A stretch of 64,000 nucleotides of DNA from an uncultured bacterium (GTDB taxonomy: Bacteria; Krumholzibacteriota; Krumholzibacteriia; JACNKJ01). The notes under the pieces are model-generated. The model did not search any database. It saw nothing but the letters and a program-made list of their open reading frames with translations, and was not told the DNA's origin. Location of the stretch: contig CAZVHI010000005.1 of assembly GCA_964627205.1 (NCBI GenBank), forward strand, positions 46,595-110,594. The letters run 5' to 3'. Positions 18,330 through 27,468 of this stretch are shown in pieces. A program made the position numbers and the translations under genes. Each line of letters begins with the position of its first letter. Position 1 is the first letter of the stretch.

Positions 18330-18725
18330 ATGAAACGCGAGATCGTGAGCTGCCCGGACGCGCCGAAGGCCATCGGGCCTTATAGCCAGGCCGTGCGCAT
18401 GTGCAGCCTGCTGTTCACCGCCGGGCAGGTGCCGCTCGATCCCCGCAGCATGAAACTGGTGGAGGGTGGCATCGCCGAACAGACCCATCAGGTCATGCGC
18501 AACCTGGCGGCTGTCCTGGCCGAGGTCGGCGCCGGCTTCGGGGACGTGCTGAAGAGCACGATCTACGTGACCGATCTCGGCCACTTCGCCGCGCTGAACG
18601 AGGTCTACGGCGAGTACTTCCGGGACATCGACCCTCCCGCGCGCTCGACCGTTCAGGTCGCCGCGTTACCGATGGGCGCCCTGGTCGAGATCGACATGAT
18701 TGTGCGGATCCCCGCCGGTGATTAG
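18330..18725 (+). CDS. ridA: RidA/YjgF family reactive-intermediate deaminase.
   Basis: APKAIGPYSQAV...TIYVTDLGHFAALNEVYGEYF...ARSTVQVAALPMGALVEI. Confidence 0.85.
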   Translation: MKREIVSCPDAPKAIGPYSQAVRMCSLLFTAGQVPLDPRSMKLVEGGIAEQTHQVMRNLAAVLAEVGAGFGDVLKSTIYVTDLGHFAALNEVYGEYFRDIDPPARSTVQVAALPMGALVEIDMIVRIPAGD

Positions 18726-18806
18726 ATTACCGGGGGCGCGCGGCAAGTGCGCCCTGTTGACTCCGTGTTCCGGCGATCTTCCCCGCAGTTCCGGGAGGAA
18801 ACGAGC

Positions 18807-19229
18807 ATGGCGAGGTCGGGATTCGCACTTGGACTCTGTATCCTGGCGGCCGTCGCGAGCGGCCCCGGCTGCAAGTCTGGAACTTCGCCGACGGCGACGG
18901 ACGAGATCAGCCAGGCGATCCGGGCGCTCATGACAGAATGGGAGCTAGGCTTCGAGACGCAGGACGTCGAGCGGGTCGAAGCAGTGTTCGACGCGCGCTA
19001 CTGGCCCGGCGAGTTCCTGAGCGCATCGCGCTTCGACGACTTGAAGGGCCACCCGTTCCGGCTGCTCGACGTCGAGATCCAGCCGCAGGTGCAGGAGGAA
19101 TACGCGGACGCGGACTTCCGCGTCTACGTGGAGGACGCGCCCGGTCTCTCCATCCGCGTCCTCTGGACGCTGCGGGCGAGCCTCGACGAATGGCTGGTCA
19201 TCGAGGAACACTGGGGCAGTTACGAGTAA
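18807..19229 (+). CDS. Hypothetical lipoprotein/secreted protein (NTF2/SnoaL-like fold plausible).
   Basis: Signal peptide MARSGFALGLCILAAVASGPGC. The track ORF starts 20 codons upstream at 18747. Confidence 0.5.
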   Translation: MARSGFALGLCILAAVASGPGCKSGTSPTATDEISQAIRALMTEWELGFETQDVERVEAVFDARYWPGEFLSASRFDDLKGHPFRLLDVEIQPQVQEEYADADFRVYVEDAPGLSIRVLWTLRASLDEWLVIEEHWGSYE

Positions 19230-19296
19230 TGGCCGCAGGCCGGGGCGATGCGCTCGGCGCCGGCCGCAGGCTGGCAGCCTGCTAGAACTTGAACGC

Positions 19297-19394
19297 GGGA
19301 GTGGATGGGTCCTGGTGGGCCCCGAGGACTTCAAATCCTTATGCCGGGTGCTAAACCCATCCGGGGTGGGTTCGATTCCCACACATTCCCGCCA
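19297..19394 (+). tRNA. selC: tRNA-Sec (selC; anticodon UCA), 98 nt with a long variable arm, encoded CCA.
   Basis: GGGAGTGGATGGGTCCTGGTGGGCC CCGAGGACTTCAAATCCTT ATGCCGGGTGCTAAACCCATCCGG GGTGGGTTCGATTCCCACACATTCCCGCCA. The anticodon stem-loop GGACTTCAAATCC is identical to E. coli selC, and the extended acceptor and long extra arm are typical of tRNA-Sec. Confidence 0.8.
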
Positions 19395-19426
19395 TTTCTT
19401 CACCCGCCCGTGAAGGGGCCTCCGAG

Positions 19427-19969
19427 ATGAAAGCACTCCTCCCGCTGCTCTGCCTCCTCCTCGCGGCGACGAGCGTCGCGTCCGAGGCGGAGCCGCATGC
19501 CGTCCCGGCGGCCGAGGAGGAGGCCCTGGTCGAGGCTCCCACGAAGAACGCGCGGCTGGCCATCGCCGCCTCCGCACTCTTCCCGGGCCTGGGGCAGCTC
19601 TACAACGAGGAGGGGCTCAAGACGCTGGCCGTCTTCGTCTGGGAGAGCTACTACATCGCGACGATCCTGCGCGAGGCGCAGGAGGCCGACCTCTATCGCC
19701 GTCGCGCGGCAACCCTGGGCGAGGGCGAGACATGGAACGGCCTCGACCACTCCGAGCTGCGAAGCCGCTTCCACGCGCACGAGGACAGGCAGCGAGATTA
19801 CATCTGGTACGGCTCCGCCCTCTTCCTCGCCAGCATCCTCGACGCCTATGTCTTCGCTCACCTCTACAGCTTCGAGACCGACGGCGTCCGTACCCGCAGC
19901 GCCGGCATCCTTCCCGTCCTCGATCCGAGCGAACGCGCGGTAGGGCTGCAGCTCCGCCTACGCTTCTAG
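19427..19969 (+). CDS. Hypothetical secreted protein (DUF5683-like).
   Basis: Signal peptide MKALLPLLCLLLAATSVAS. The motif ALFPGLGQLYNEEGLKT resembles DUF5683. Confidence 0.45.
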   Translation: MKALLPLLCLLLAATSVASEAEPHAVPAAEEEALVEAPTKNARLAIAASALFPGLGQLYNEEGLKTLAVFVWESYYIATILREAQEADLYRRRAATLGEGETWNGLDHSELRSRFHAHEDRQRDYIWYGSALFLASILDAYVFAHLYSFETDGVRTRSAGILPVLDPSERAVGLQLRLRF

Positions 19970-19978
19970 AACGATTCC

Positions 19979-21781
19979 ATGATCCCCACGAGCCACATCC
20001 GCAACTTCTGCATCATCGCCCACATTGACCACGGGAAATCCACCCTGGCCGATCGTCTGCTGGAGCTCACAGGCACGATCTCGTCCCGCCAGATGCAGGC
20101 GCAGGTTCTGGACGACATGGAGCTCGAGCGCGAGCGGGGAATCACGATCAAGAGCCACCCCATCGCCATGCGCTACGAGGATGCAGGAGGAGAGGAGTAT
20201 CGGTACAACCTGATCGACACGCCGGGGCACGTGGACTTCAGTTACGAGGTGAGCCGCAGTCTCGCGGCCTGCGAGGGGGCGATCCTGGTCGTGGACGCGG
20301 CGCAGGGCGTGGAAGCCCAGACGCTCGCCAACCTCTACCTCGCGCTCGAGAACGACCTCGCGCTTCTGCCAGTGATCAACAAGATCGACCTCCCCAGTGC
20401 ACGCACCGAAGAGGTGAGAGAAGAACTGGTGCAGATCCTGGGGGTGGAACCGGATGAGATCCTGGCGCTCAGCGCCAAGAGCGGCGAGGGCGTGCCGGCG
20501 CTCCTGGACGCCATTGCCGAGCGTCTGCCGAGCCCCGTGGATCGCACCCTGGAGCCCTTCCGCGCGCTGATCTTCGATTCGAGCTACGACTCCTACCTGG
20601 GGGCAGTAGCGACCGTGCGCGTCATGGAGGGGACAGCAAAGAAGGGCGACCGCGTACGCTTCCTCGCCGCCGGGAAGGCATACGAGGTGCAGGAGCTGGG
20701 CTGCTGGGTGATGGGGCGCCAGCCCACCCCCGAGCTTCGGGCGGGCGAGGTCGGCTATCTCATCACGGGCGCGAAGCAGATCCGCGACGTGCGCGTGGGG
20801 GACACCCTGGCGGCCGATCTCGACCCGGCGCCGAAGCCGCTGCCGGGCTACCGTCCCGTCAAGCCCATGGTCTACAGCGGGCTCTACCCCGCCCAGAGCG
20901 AGGACTACGAGGAGCTGCGCGAGGCGATGGAGAAGCTGCAGCTCAACGACGCGGCCATTTCCTACGAGCCGGAGAGCAGCAGCGCCCTGGGCTTCGGCTT
21001 CCGCTGCGGCTTCCTGGGTCTTCTGCACTTGGAGATCGTACAGGAGCGCCTCGAGCGGGAGTTCGACCTCACCCTCATCGCCACGCTCCCCAACGTGGAG
21101 TATCGCGCCATCCTGAAGGACGGCGAGGAGGTCTCGGTATCCAATCCGGCCCAGATGCCCGATCCCGCCGCCCTGGCGGAGATCCGGGAACCGGTCGTGA
21201 GAGGCACGATATACACGCCCTCCGATTATGTGGGCGCCGTGATGAAACTCTGCATGGAGCGGCGCGGAGTCCAGGAGGGCATGAGCTACCTGGACAGCCA
21301 GCGGGTCGAGCTGCATTTCCGGCTTCCGCTGGCTGAAGTCGTAGTGGACTTCTACGATCGTCTGAAGAACAATAGCCGAGGACACGCGAGCTTCGATTAC
21401 GAATACGCCGGCCACGAGCTCAGCGACATGGTCAAGCTCGGCATCCTGGTGAACGGCGACCCGGTGGACGCGCTGTCCAGCATCGTCCACCGCGACAAGG
21501 CCCAGTTCTGGGGCAAGTTGCTCGTGGAGAAGCTGAAGGAGGAGATCCCCCGGCAGCTCTTCCAGGTGGCCCTTCAGGCGGCGGTGGGCGCGAAGATCGT
21601 CGCCCGCAGCAACATCAGCGCCCTGCGCAAGAACGTCACCGCGAAGTGCTACGGCGGCGACATCACCAGGAAACGGAAGCTGCTCGAGAGGCAGCGCGAG
21701 GGGAAGCGGCGGATGAAGCAGGTCGGCAACGTCGAGATTCCGCAGGAGGCCTTCCTGGCTATCCTGAAGGTCGAACGATAG
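19979..21781 (+). CDS. lepA: Elongation factor 4 (LepA).
   Basis: IRNFCIIAHIDHGKSTLADRLL, G-domain motifs, 600 aa. Confidence 0.95.
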   Translation: MIPTSHIRNFCIIAHIDHGKSTLADRLLELTGTISSRQMQAQVLDDMELERERGITIKSHPIAMRYEDAGGEEYRYNLIDTPGHVDFSYEVSRSLAACEGAILVVDAAQGVEAQTLANLYLALENDLALLPVINKIDLPSARTEEVREELVQILGVEPDEILALSAKSGEGVPALLDAIAERLPSPVDRTLEPFRALIFDSSYDSYLGAVATVRVMEGTAKKGDRVRFLAAGKAYEVQELGCWVMGRQPTPELRAGEVGYLITGAKQIRDVRVGDTLAADLDPAPKPLPGYRPVKPMVYSGLYPAQSEDYEELREAMEKLQLNDAAISYEPESSSALGFGFRCGFLGLLHLEIVQERLEREFDLTLIATLPNVEYRAILKDGEEVSVSNPAQMPDPAALAEIREPVVRGTIYTPSDYVGAVMKLCMERRGVQEGMSYLDSQRVELHFRLPLAEVVVDFYDRLKNNSRGHASFDYEYAGHELSDMVKLGILVNGDPVDALSSIVHRDKAQFWGKLLVEKLKEEIPRQLFQVALQAAVGAKIVARSNISALRKNVTAKCYGGDITRKRKLLERQREGKRRMKQVGNVEIPQEAFLAILKVER

Positions 21782-21789
21782 GAGTGACG

Positions 21790-22413
21790 ATGGCGAGGCA
21801 GAAAGGTCCCGCGAAGAAGAAGTCAGGCCTGAGAGAGTTCATCGACATCGTGGTCTGGGCGGTGGTCATGGCCTTCCTGGCCCGCAGCTTCCTGATCCAG
21901 GCCTTCCGCATTCCCAGCGGCAGCATGGAGGACACGCTCCTGGTGGGGGACTTCCTCTTCGTGAACAAGTTCCTCTACGGACCGCAGATCCCCTTCACCA
22001 AGGTTCGCCTGCCCGGGCTGCGTGAGCCGCGTCCCGGGGACATCATCGTCTTCAAGTACCCCGGCGAGAAGGACGACTTCATCAAGCGCTGCGTGGCCGT
22101 CGGCGGCCAGACCGTCGAGGTCCGCAACCACAAGCTCTTCGTGGACGGGGAGGAGCGGGACGAGCCCTTCACGAAGCACGTTCTGCAGGGCAGCGGCCTC
22201 CGGGGCGCGGCGCGCAACTTCGGCCCCGTGGAGGTGCCCGAGGGCAAGCTCTTCATGATGGGCGACAACCGCGACAACAGCAAGGACAGCCGCATGCTCG
22301 GCTTCGTCGACTGGAAGCGGGACGCCAAGGGCAAGGCCATCTTCATCTACTGGTCCTGGAACGGGCAGCGCAAGTTCCCGCGCTTCGATCGCATCGGCGA
22401 TCTCATCCGGTGA
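21790..22413 (+). CDS. lepB: Signal peptidase I.
   Basis: SGSMEDTL (catalytic Ser box), GDNRDNSKDSR box, lepA-lepB synteny. The track ORF begins upstream at 21646. Confidence 0.85.
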   Translation: MARQKGPAKKKSGLREFIDIVVWAVVMAFLARSFLIQAFRIPSGSMEDTLLVGDFLFVNKFLYGPQIPFTKVRLPGLREPRPGDIIVFKYPGEKDDFIKRCVAVGGQTVEVRNHKLFVDGEERDEPFTKHVLQGSGLRGAARNFGPVEVPEGKLFMMGDNRDNSKDSRMLGFVDWKRDAKGKAIFIYWSWNGQRKFPRFDRIGDLIR

Positions 22414-23507
22414 AGCCCTCCCTCTACGTACACGTGCCCTTCTGCGCGAGCCGATGCTCCTACTGCGGCTTCTATTCCGAGACGGAGGGCGATCCCGAGC
22501 GCTACCTGGACGCCCTCGCCGCCCAGCTCACCCTCGCCACGGAGCGTCTCGGCGACCAGGCCCTGCCCAGCGTCTACATCGGTGGTGGCACGCCGAGTCT
22601 GCTCGCTCCGTCACAGCTCGTCCGTTTGCTGGCACTGCTCGCGCCCTGGATCGGCGAGGACACGGAGTGCACGCTCGAGTGCAACCCCGAGGACCTGGAC
22701 GAGGCGCGGCTCGCGGTCCTCGTGGGCGGAGGGGTCAGTCGCATCAGCCTCGGGCTTCAGTCCTTGTGCGACGAGGAGCTGGCGCGAGTAGGGCGCCGCC
22801 ACGACGCGGCCGGTGGCCAGCGAGCCCTGGCTCTCGCGGTCACAAGCCCGCTGGGGGTTTCGGTCGACCTCATCCTCGGCCTGCCCGGACAGAGCGAGGA
22901 GAGCTTCGCCCGCAGCTTGGACGGGGTACTCGCCCGCGAGCCGGAACATCTCTCCCTCTACTGCCTGGAGCTCGAGGAGACAGCGCCCCTCGCGGAAGCC
23001 CTGTCGCGGAGGCCGGACCCTGCGGCCTCGGAGCGCCGCCTGGCAGGCGGCTACCGCCTGGCGCACCGGCGGCTGGCGGATGCCGGCTACCGGGCCTACG
23101 AGGTCTCCAACTGGTGCCGCCCGGGCAAGGAGTGCCGCCACAACCTGGGCATCTGGCGGGGGGGCGAGTACCTCGGCTTCGGCCCCGGCGCGCACTCCTA
23201 CTGGGACGGCGAGCGCTGGTCCTGGCCGGCCTCCCTTGAACTCTGGGAGGTCCCGCTCATGGCGGGGCGGGAGCCGGAGCCCCTGCCCGACCTGCGCGAC
23301 AGCGAGCAGCGGCGCCTGGAGCGCCTGCTTCTGGGTCTGCGCATCCGGGACGGCATCGCGCGGGACGATTCCCTCCTGGCGGGCCGCGAGGCCTTCCTCG
23401 AAGAGCTGGCAGCGCGGGACTGGGCGCGCTGCGAGGAGGGGCGCTGGCGCCTCGAAGCGGAGGGCTGGCTGCGGCTGGACGGCATCCTGACCAGGCTGGC
23501 CTCTTGA
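22410..23507 (+). CDS. hemW: Radical-SAM heme chaperone HemW (HemN-like, oxygen-independent coproporphyrinogen oxidase family).
   Basis: HVPFCASRCSYCGF (Cx3Cx2C motif), 365 aa. Confidence 0.8.
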   Translation: MKPSLYVHVPFCASRCSYCGFYSETEGDPERYLDALAAQLTLATERLGDQALPSVYIGGGTPSLLAPSQLVRLLALLAPWIGEDTECTLECNPEDLDEARLAVLVGGGVSRISLGLQSLCDEELARVGRRHDAAGGQRALALAVTSPLGVSVDLILGLPGQSEESFARSLDGVLAREPEHLSLYCLELEETAPLAEALSRRPDPAASERRLAGGYRLAHRRLADAGYRAYEVSNWCRPGKECRHNLGIWRGGEYLGFGPGAHSYWDGERWSWPASLELWEVPLMAGREPEPLPDLRDSEQRRLERLLLGLRIRDGIARDDSLLAGREAFLEELAARDWARCEEGRWRLEAEGWLRLDGILTRLAS

Positions 23508-23532
23508 CAGTGCCCGGAGCCTGGCCTAAATT
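23504..23532 (+). promoter_or_regulatory. Putative sigma70 promoter for hrcA-grpE-dnaJ (TTGACA-17-TAAATT).
   Basis: Near-consensus hexamers overlapping the hemW 3' end. No CIRCE palindrome was found nearby. Confidence 0.45.
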
Positions 23533-23565
23533 TTCCGGGCAACGTCCCCAAACAGGTTGATTTTC

Positions 23566-24348
23566 ATGGACTTCAGGTATTACGAACTCCCGGCGGATCG
23601 ACGCCTACGCGTTCTGGACTCCGTGATCCGTCTCTACACGGATCAAGCGGAGCCCGTGAGCTCCGCGGCGGTGTCTCGCGATCTCGAACACTGCTGGTCG
23701 TCCGCCACCGTGCGCAAGATCTTCACCGAGCTCGAGGAGCTGGGCTGGCTGGACCAGCCCCACCGTTCCGCGGGGCGCATGCCCACGAGCCTCGGCTACC
23801 GGGTCTATGTGGAGAAGGTCGTACGTCCCGCCGAGGGCGGCAGAAACTGGGAGCGCTGGCTGCAGTCCGAACTGGATTTCGAGGACGCATCCCTGGCGAA
23901 GCTTCTCGATCGGGCCGCGAACCTGCTTAGCGGGCTCAGTCACGCCCTCGGGGTCTCGCTCTTGGTGGTCGCGCCGGGGGGCGATCCCGCCGAGGGTCGC
24001 GTACAGATCACCGGCGTCGACGAGCTGCTGGAGCAGCCGGAGTTCGAGGACCCCGCCCGCCTCCGGGTTCTCATCCATCTCCTCGACGACGCCCTTCCCC
24101 TCAGCGGCTACCTGCGGGGTCTGAGCGATCGTCCCGGGCAGGTCAGCCTACGCATCGGGGAGGAGAACAGCTTCCGCGAACTGTACGACTTCAGCGTGAT
24201 CACGACCCGCATCGATCGCTCCGAGGAGACGGCGTTGATGGGTCTCGTCGGCCCGGTGAGGATGGAGTACCCGCTGGTCCTGAGCGCCATGGACAGCCTG
24301 GTCCGCCTGCTGCACGCCGGCCCCTCGTCCTCGGAGAACTGGAGCTGA
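23566..24348 (+). CDS. hrcA: Heat-inducible transcription repressor HrcA.
   Basis: C-terminal GLVGPVRMEYPLVLSAMDSL motif. Followed by grpE and dnaJ. Confidence 0.8.
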   Translation: MDFRYYELPADRRLRVLDSVIRLYTDQAEPVSSAAVSRDLEHCWSSATVRKIFTELEELGWLDQPHRSAGRMPTSLGYRVYVEKVVRPAEGGRNWERWLQSELDFEDASLAKLLDRAANLLSGLSHALGVSLLVVAPGGDPAEGRVQITGVDELLEQPEFEDPARLRVLIHLLDDALPLSGYLRGLSDRPGQVSLRIGEENSFRELYDFSVITTRIDRSEETALMGLVGPVRMEYPLVLSAMDSLVRLLHAGPSSSENWS

Positions 24349-24349
24349 G

Positions 24350-25012
24350 ATGAAGCGCAAGCGCAAGGGCAAGGCCGACGATGCGGCCGCCAGGGTCGAG
24401 GCGCGTGCCAAGGCCGGCGGCAAGCCGATCGATCCGGACGGGGATACCGCCACGGAGGCCGCCTTCACCGAAGCAGCGGGCGCTGAAGCCGCGGGTGCCG
24501 ACACCACGGCGAAGATCGCGAAGCTTCCCGCCGCCGCCGAGCTCCAGAACCGGCTGAGCGCCCTCCAGTCCGAGTTTGAGCAGTCGAGTCTTCTCTGGCG
24601 CGAGCGCGAGGAGGGGCTCCTGCGCCAGCTGGCGGAGCTGGACAACCTGCTGCGCCGACAGCGCCGGGACCGGGAGCGCGAGGTGGAGCAGCGGCGGGGC
24701 GAGATCCTGACGCCGCTGATCGCGGTGCTCGACGACCTCGACCGCGCTCTCGCTCACCTGCCCGAGGGAGAGGATTCCGCCTTCGCCGAGGGCATCGCTC
24801 GCATCGCGGATGCGCTGCAGGAGACCCTCGCCCGTCAGGGTCTCAGACCCATCCCGGCCATGGGCGAGAAGTTCGATCCCCAGTTCCACGAGGCCCTGAT
24901 GCGCGTCGAGTCCGACGATGTGGACAGGGGTCACGTCGTCCAGGAGATCCAGAAGGGCTACATGCTGGACGACCGGGTCCTGCGCCCGAGCAAGGTGTCG
25001 GTCGCCGGCTAG
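24350..25012 (+). CDS. grpE: Nucleotide exchange factor GrpE.
   Basis: Coiled-coil N-terminus and a C-terminal GrpE fold (FDPQFHEAL...GYMLDDRVLRPSKVSV). Confidence 0.85.
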   Translation: MKRKRKGKADDAAARVEARAKAGGKPIDPDGDTATEAAFTEAAGAEAAGADTTAKIAKLPAAAELQNRLSALQSEFEQSSLLWREREEGLLRQLAELDNLLRRQRRDREREVEQRRGEILTPLIAVLDDLDRALAHLPEGEDSAFAEGIARIADALQETLARQGLRPIPAMGEKFDPQFHEALMRVESDDVDRGHVVQEIQKGYMLDDRVLRPSKVSVAG

Positions 25013-25021
25013 GAGAGGCTG

Positions 25022-26149
25022 ATGTCCAAGCGCGACTACTACGAGATCCTGGGCCTCGAGCGGGGCGCCGGCGAAGAAGCCGTGCGCAAGGCCTATCGTA
25101 AGCTGGCCATGCAGCACCACCCCGACCGCAATCCCGACGACCACAGCGCCGAGGAGAAGTTCAAGGAGGCGACCGAGGCCTACGAGGTCCTCAAGGATCC
25201 CCAGAAGCGGCAGGCCTACGACCAGTTCGGGCACGCGGGGGTCTCGGGGCAGGGCTTCGGCGAGCAGGGGCCCTTCGGTTTCGGCGCTGGCGGTATCGAC
25301 ATGGAGGAGGCTCTGCGCGCCTTCATGCAGGACTTCGGCTTCGACTCCTTCTTCGGCGGCGGTGGCCGGGGTCGTCAGCGCAGGACCGAGCGCGGTGGCC
25401 GGGACCTTCGCGTCCGCGTCGGGCTGAGCCTCGAGGAGGCGGCCGCCGGCGTGACCAAGCAGATCAAGCTGAAGAAGAAGGTGGGCTGCGGGTCCTGCGC
25501 CGGCAGCGGGCAGCGGCCGGGTTCGCAGATGCAGCGCTGCCAGGCCTGCCAGGGCAGTGGCGAGATCCGGCGCGTGCAGCGCTCGATCCTGGGCCAGTTC
25601 GTCAACGTCTCGCCCTGCCCCCAGTGCGGCGGCGAAGGCGTGCAGCTGCAGGATCCCTGCCCCCAGTGCCGGGGCGAGGGACGCAGCGACGGCAGCGAGA
25701 CATTGAGCGTCTCCATCCCGGCGGGCGTCTCGACGGGCGACTACATCCCCCTGCGCGGCAGCGGGGAGGCGGGCCTGCGCGGCGGCCCGGCGGGGGACGT
25801 GATCGTCGTCCTGGAGGTGAAGGAGCACAAGCTCTTCGAGCGCAGCAAGCAGGACCTGCTCCTCGACCTCCCCGTCACCCTCGGCACTCTCGCGCTCGGC
25901 GGCAAGGTGGAGGTGCCGACCTTGGACGGGGCGGCCATGCTGAAGATTCCCGCCGGCACCCAGAGCCACCAGATCCTCCGCATGCGGGGCAAAGGCCTCC
26001 CGCATCTGAATTCCCACCGCCGCGGCGACCTGCTGGTGCGGCTCGTCGTCTGGTCGCCCGAGCGCCCGTCGAAGGAAGAGGCCCGGCTGCTCAAGGAGCT
26101 CGATCAGATCGAGCGCGAACGGTTGCCGGGGCCCCGCAAGCCGAGCTAG
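25022..26149 (+). CDS. dnaJ: Chaperone DnaJ.
   Basis: J-domain KRDYYEILGL...HPDRN, G/F region, four CxxCxGxG zinc repeats. Confidence 0.95.
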   Translation: MSKRDYYEILGLERGAGEEAVRKAYRKLAMQHHPDRNPDDHSAEEKFKEATEAYEVLKDPQKRQAYDQFGHAGVSGQGFGEQGPFGFGAGGIDMEEALRAFMQDFGFDSFFGGGGRGRQRRTERGGRDLRVRVGLSLEEAAAGVTKQIKLKKKVGCGSCAGSGQRPGSQMQRCQACQGSGEIRRVQRSILGQFVNVSPCPQCGGEGVQLQDPCPQCRGEGRSDGSETLSVSIPAGVSTGDYIPLRGSGEAGLRGGPAGDVIVVLEVKEHKLFERSKQDLLLDLPVTLGTLALGGKVEVPTLDGAAMLKIPAGTQSHQILRMRGKGLPHLNSHRRGDLLVRLVVWSPERPSKEEARLLKELDQIERERLPGPRKPS

Positions 26150-26184
26150 CAGAAAACCCTACCCGAAGGGAGCCCGAGGGAGCC

Positions 26185-26916
26185 ATGCACGAGCGGCCCA
26201 TCGTCCTTGCGCCCGAGCTCCACGAATCGCAGCGCAGCTTCGAGCTGACGGGGACGGAGTTCCACCACATCTGCCGCGTGCTACGTCTCCGGACGGGGGA
26301 CGAGCTGGAGTTCCGCGACGGCCGCGGCCTCGTGGCGCAGGCCCGCCTCGAGGGCGTGGAGCGGCGTCGGGCCCGGGCGGCGATCCTGTCCCGCGAGCGG
26401 CCGGAACCCCCCGCGGGACCCGCGCTGCAGCTGGCCCTGCCCTTGCTCAAGGGGCGGCGCCTCGACTGGATCCTGGAGAAGGGGACGGAGCTCGGTGTGG
26501 CGGCCTTCCATCTCTTTCTGAGCCGGCACGGCGTCGTCCGCCGCGAGCGGGCTCCCGAACGATACGCCGAGCTGATCGCCTCGGCCTATTGCCAGTGCCG
26601 GCGACTGATCCTGCCGGAGCTGACGGGTCCGCGTCCCTTCGACGAGCTTCTCGCCGTGGCCCGCGACGAGGACTGGGCGATGGCCTGGGGCGACGAACAG
26701 CTCGCCGGCAGCGGCGGGGGCGCGGCGGACTGGACCATGGAGCAGGGCCGGACCCACCTCGCCTGGGTCGGTCCCGAGGGCGGCTTCGACGACTCGGAGC
26801 GGGAGGCCCTGCGGGAGGCGGGCGCTCTGGCACTGAACCTGGGCCCCCTGCGCCTGCGCTCGGAGACGGCGGCTCTGGCCCTCGCATGCCGATTCCCTTC
26901 GATGGCAGGGAGATAA
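26185..26916 (+). CDS. rsmE: 16S rRNA (uracil1498-N3)-methyltransferase RsmE.
   Basis: PUA-like N-terminus and SPOUT C-terminus. The track ORF 25624.. includes upstream read-through, and the ATG at 26185 gives a typical 243-aa protein. Confidence 0.7.
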   Translation: MHERPIVLAPELHESQRSFELTGTEFHHICRVLRLRTGDELEFRDGRGLVAQARLEGVERRRARAAILSRERPEPPAGPALQLALPLLKGRRLDWILEKGTELGVAAFHLFLSRHGVVRRERAPERYAELIASAYCQCRRLILPELTGPRPFDELLAVARDEDWAMAWGDEQLAGSGGGAADWTMEQGRTHLAWVGPEGGFDDSEREALREAGALALNLGPLRLRSETAALALACRFPSMAGR

Positions 26917-26932
26917 GACGACTTCGGCCGCG

Positions 26933-26961
26933 TTGACAGCTACCCAAAGCGAGCCTATAAT
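26933..26961 (+). promoter_or_regulatory. Perfect-consensus sigma70 promoter (TTGACA-17-TATAAT) upstream of yqeY-cvpA-mutS2-dnaG-rpoD.
   Basis: TTGACA gctacccaaagcgagcc TATAAT. The AT-rich leader continues to the GAGGAG RBS before the ATG at 27022. Confidence 0.6.
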
Positions 26962-27021
26962 GGCTAAGTTTTTACTTTGCACACCCTTCCAATCCCCCAC
27001 AACGAGGAGAATTAGCGCACC

Positions 27022-27468
27022 ATGACCTTGCAGGAAAGCCTGACTGCTGACCTGAAGACGGCCATGAAACAGGGCGAGAAGCTTCGCGTCAGCGTGCTCC
27101 GCATGCTCCGCTCCGAGCAAAAAAACGCGGAGATCGCCAAGGGTGAAGACCTCACGGAACCTGAGCTGCTCGAGCTGCTCTCCCGCTACGCCCGCAAGCG
27201 CAAGGAGTCAGCGTCCGAGTACGAGAAGGGCGGCAGGCAGGACCTCGTGGACAAGGAGCTCGCGGAGTTCGAGATCGTCCAGGCCTACCTGCCCCGGGCA
27301 CTGGGCGAGGAGGAGCTCGCCGTCCTGGTCAGCGAGGTGATCGAAGCGCAGGGGGCCAGCGGCATGAAGCACATGGGGGCGGTCATGAAGGAGGTTCTCG
27401 CCCGCGCGGCCGGGCGGGCGGAGGGCGCCGCGGTAAGCGCCCTGGTGAAGGCCAGGCTCTCCGGATGA
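27022..27468 (+). CDS. GatB/YqeY domain protein.
   Basis: 148 aa. LKTAMKQGEKLRVSVLRMLRSEQKNAEI is the typical YqeY pattern. Confidence 0.8.
   Translation: MTLQESLTADLKTAMKQGEKLRVSVLRMLRSEQKNAEIAKGEDLTEPELLELLSRYARKRKESASEYEKGGRQDLVDKELAEFEIVQAYLPRALGEEELAVLVSEVIEAQGASGMKHMGAVMKEVLARAAGRAEGAAVSALVKARLSG

Noticed and set aside
23508-23565. Possible CIRCE element upstream of hrcA
   Set aside because: No 9-bp inverted repeat matching TTAGCACTC/GAGTGCTAA is present. Only a promoter-like hexamer pair was found.
24200-26017. 605-aa minus-strand ORF opposite grpE/dnaJ
   Set aside because: Shadow ORF. grpE and dnaJ on the plus strand are unambiguous.
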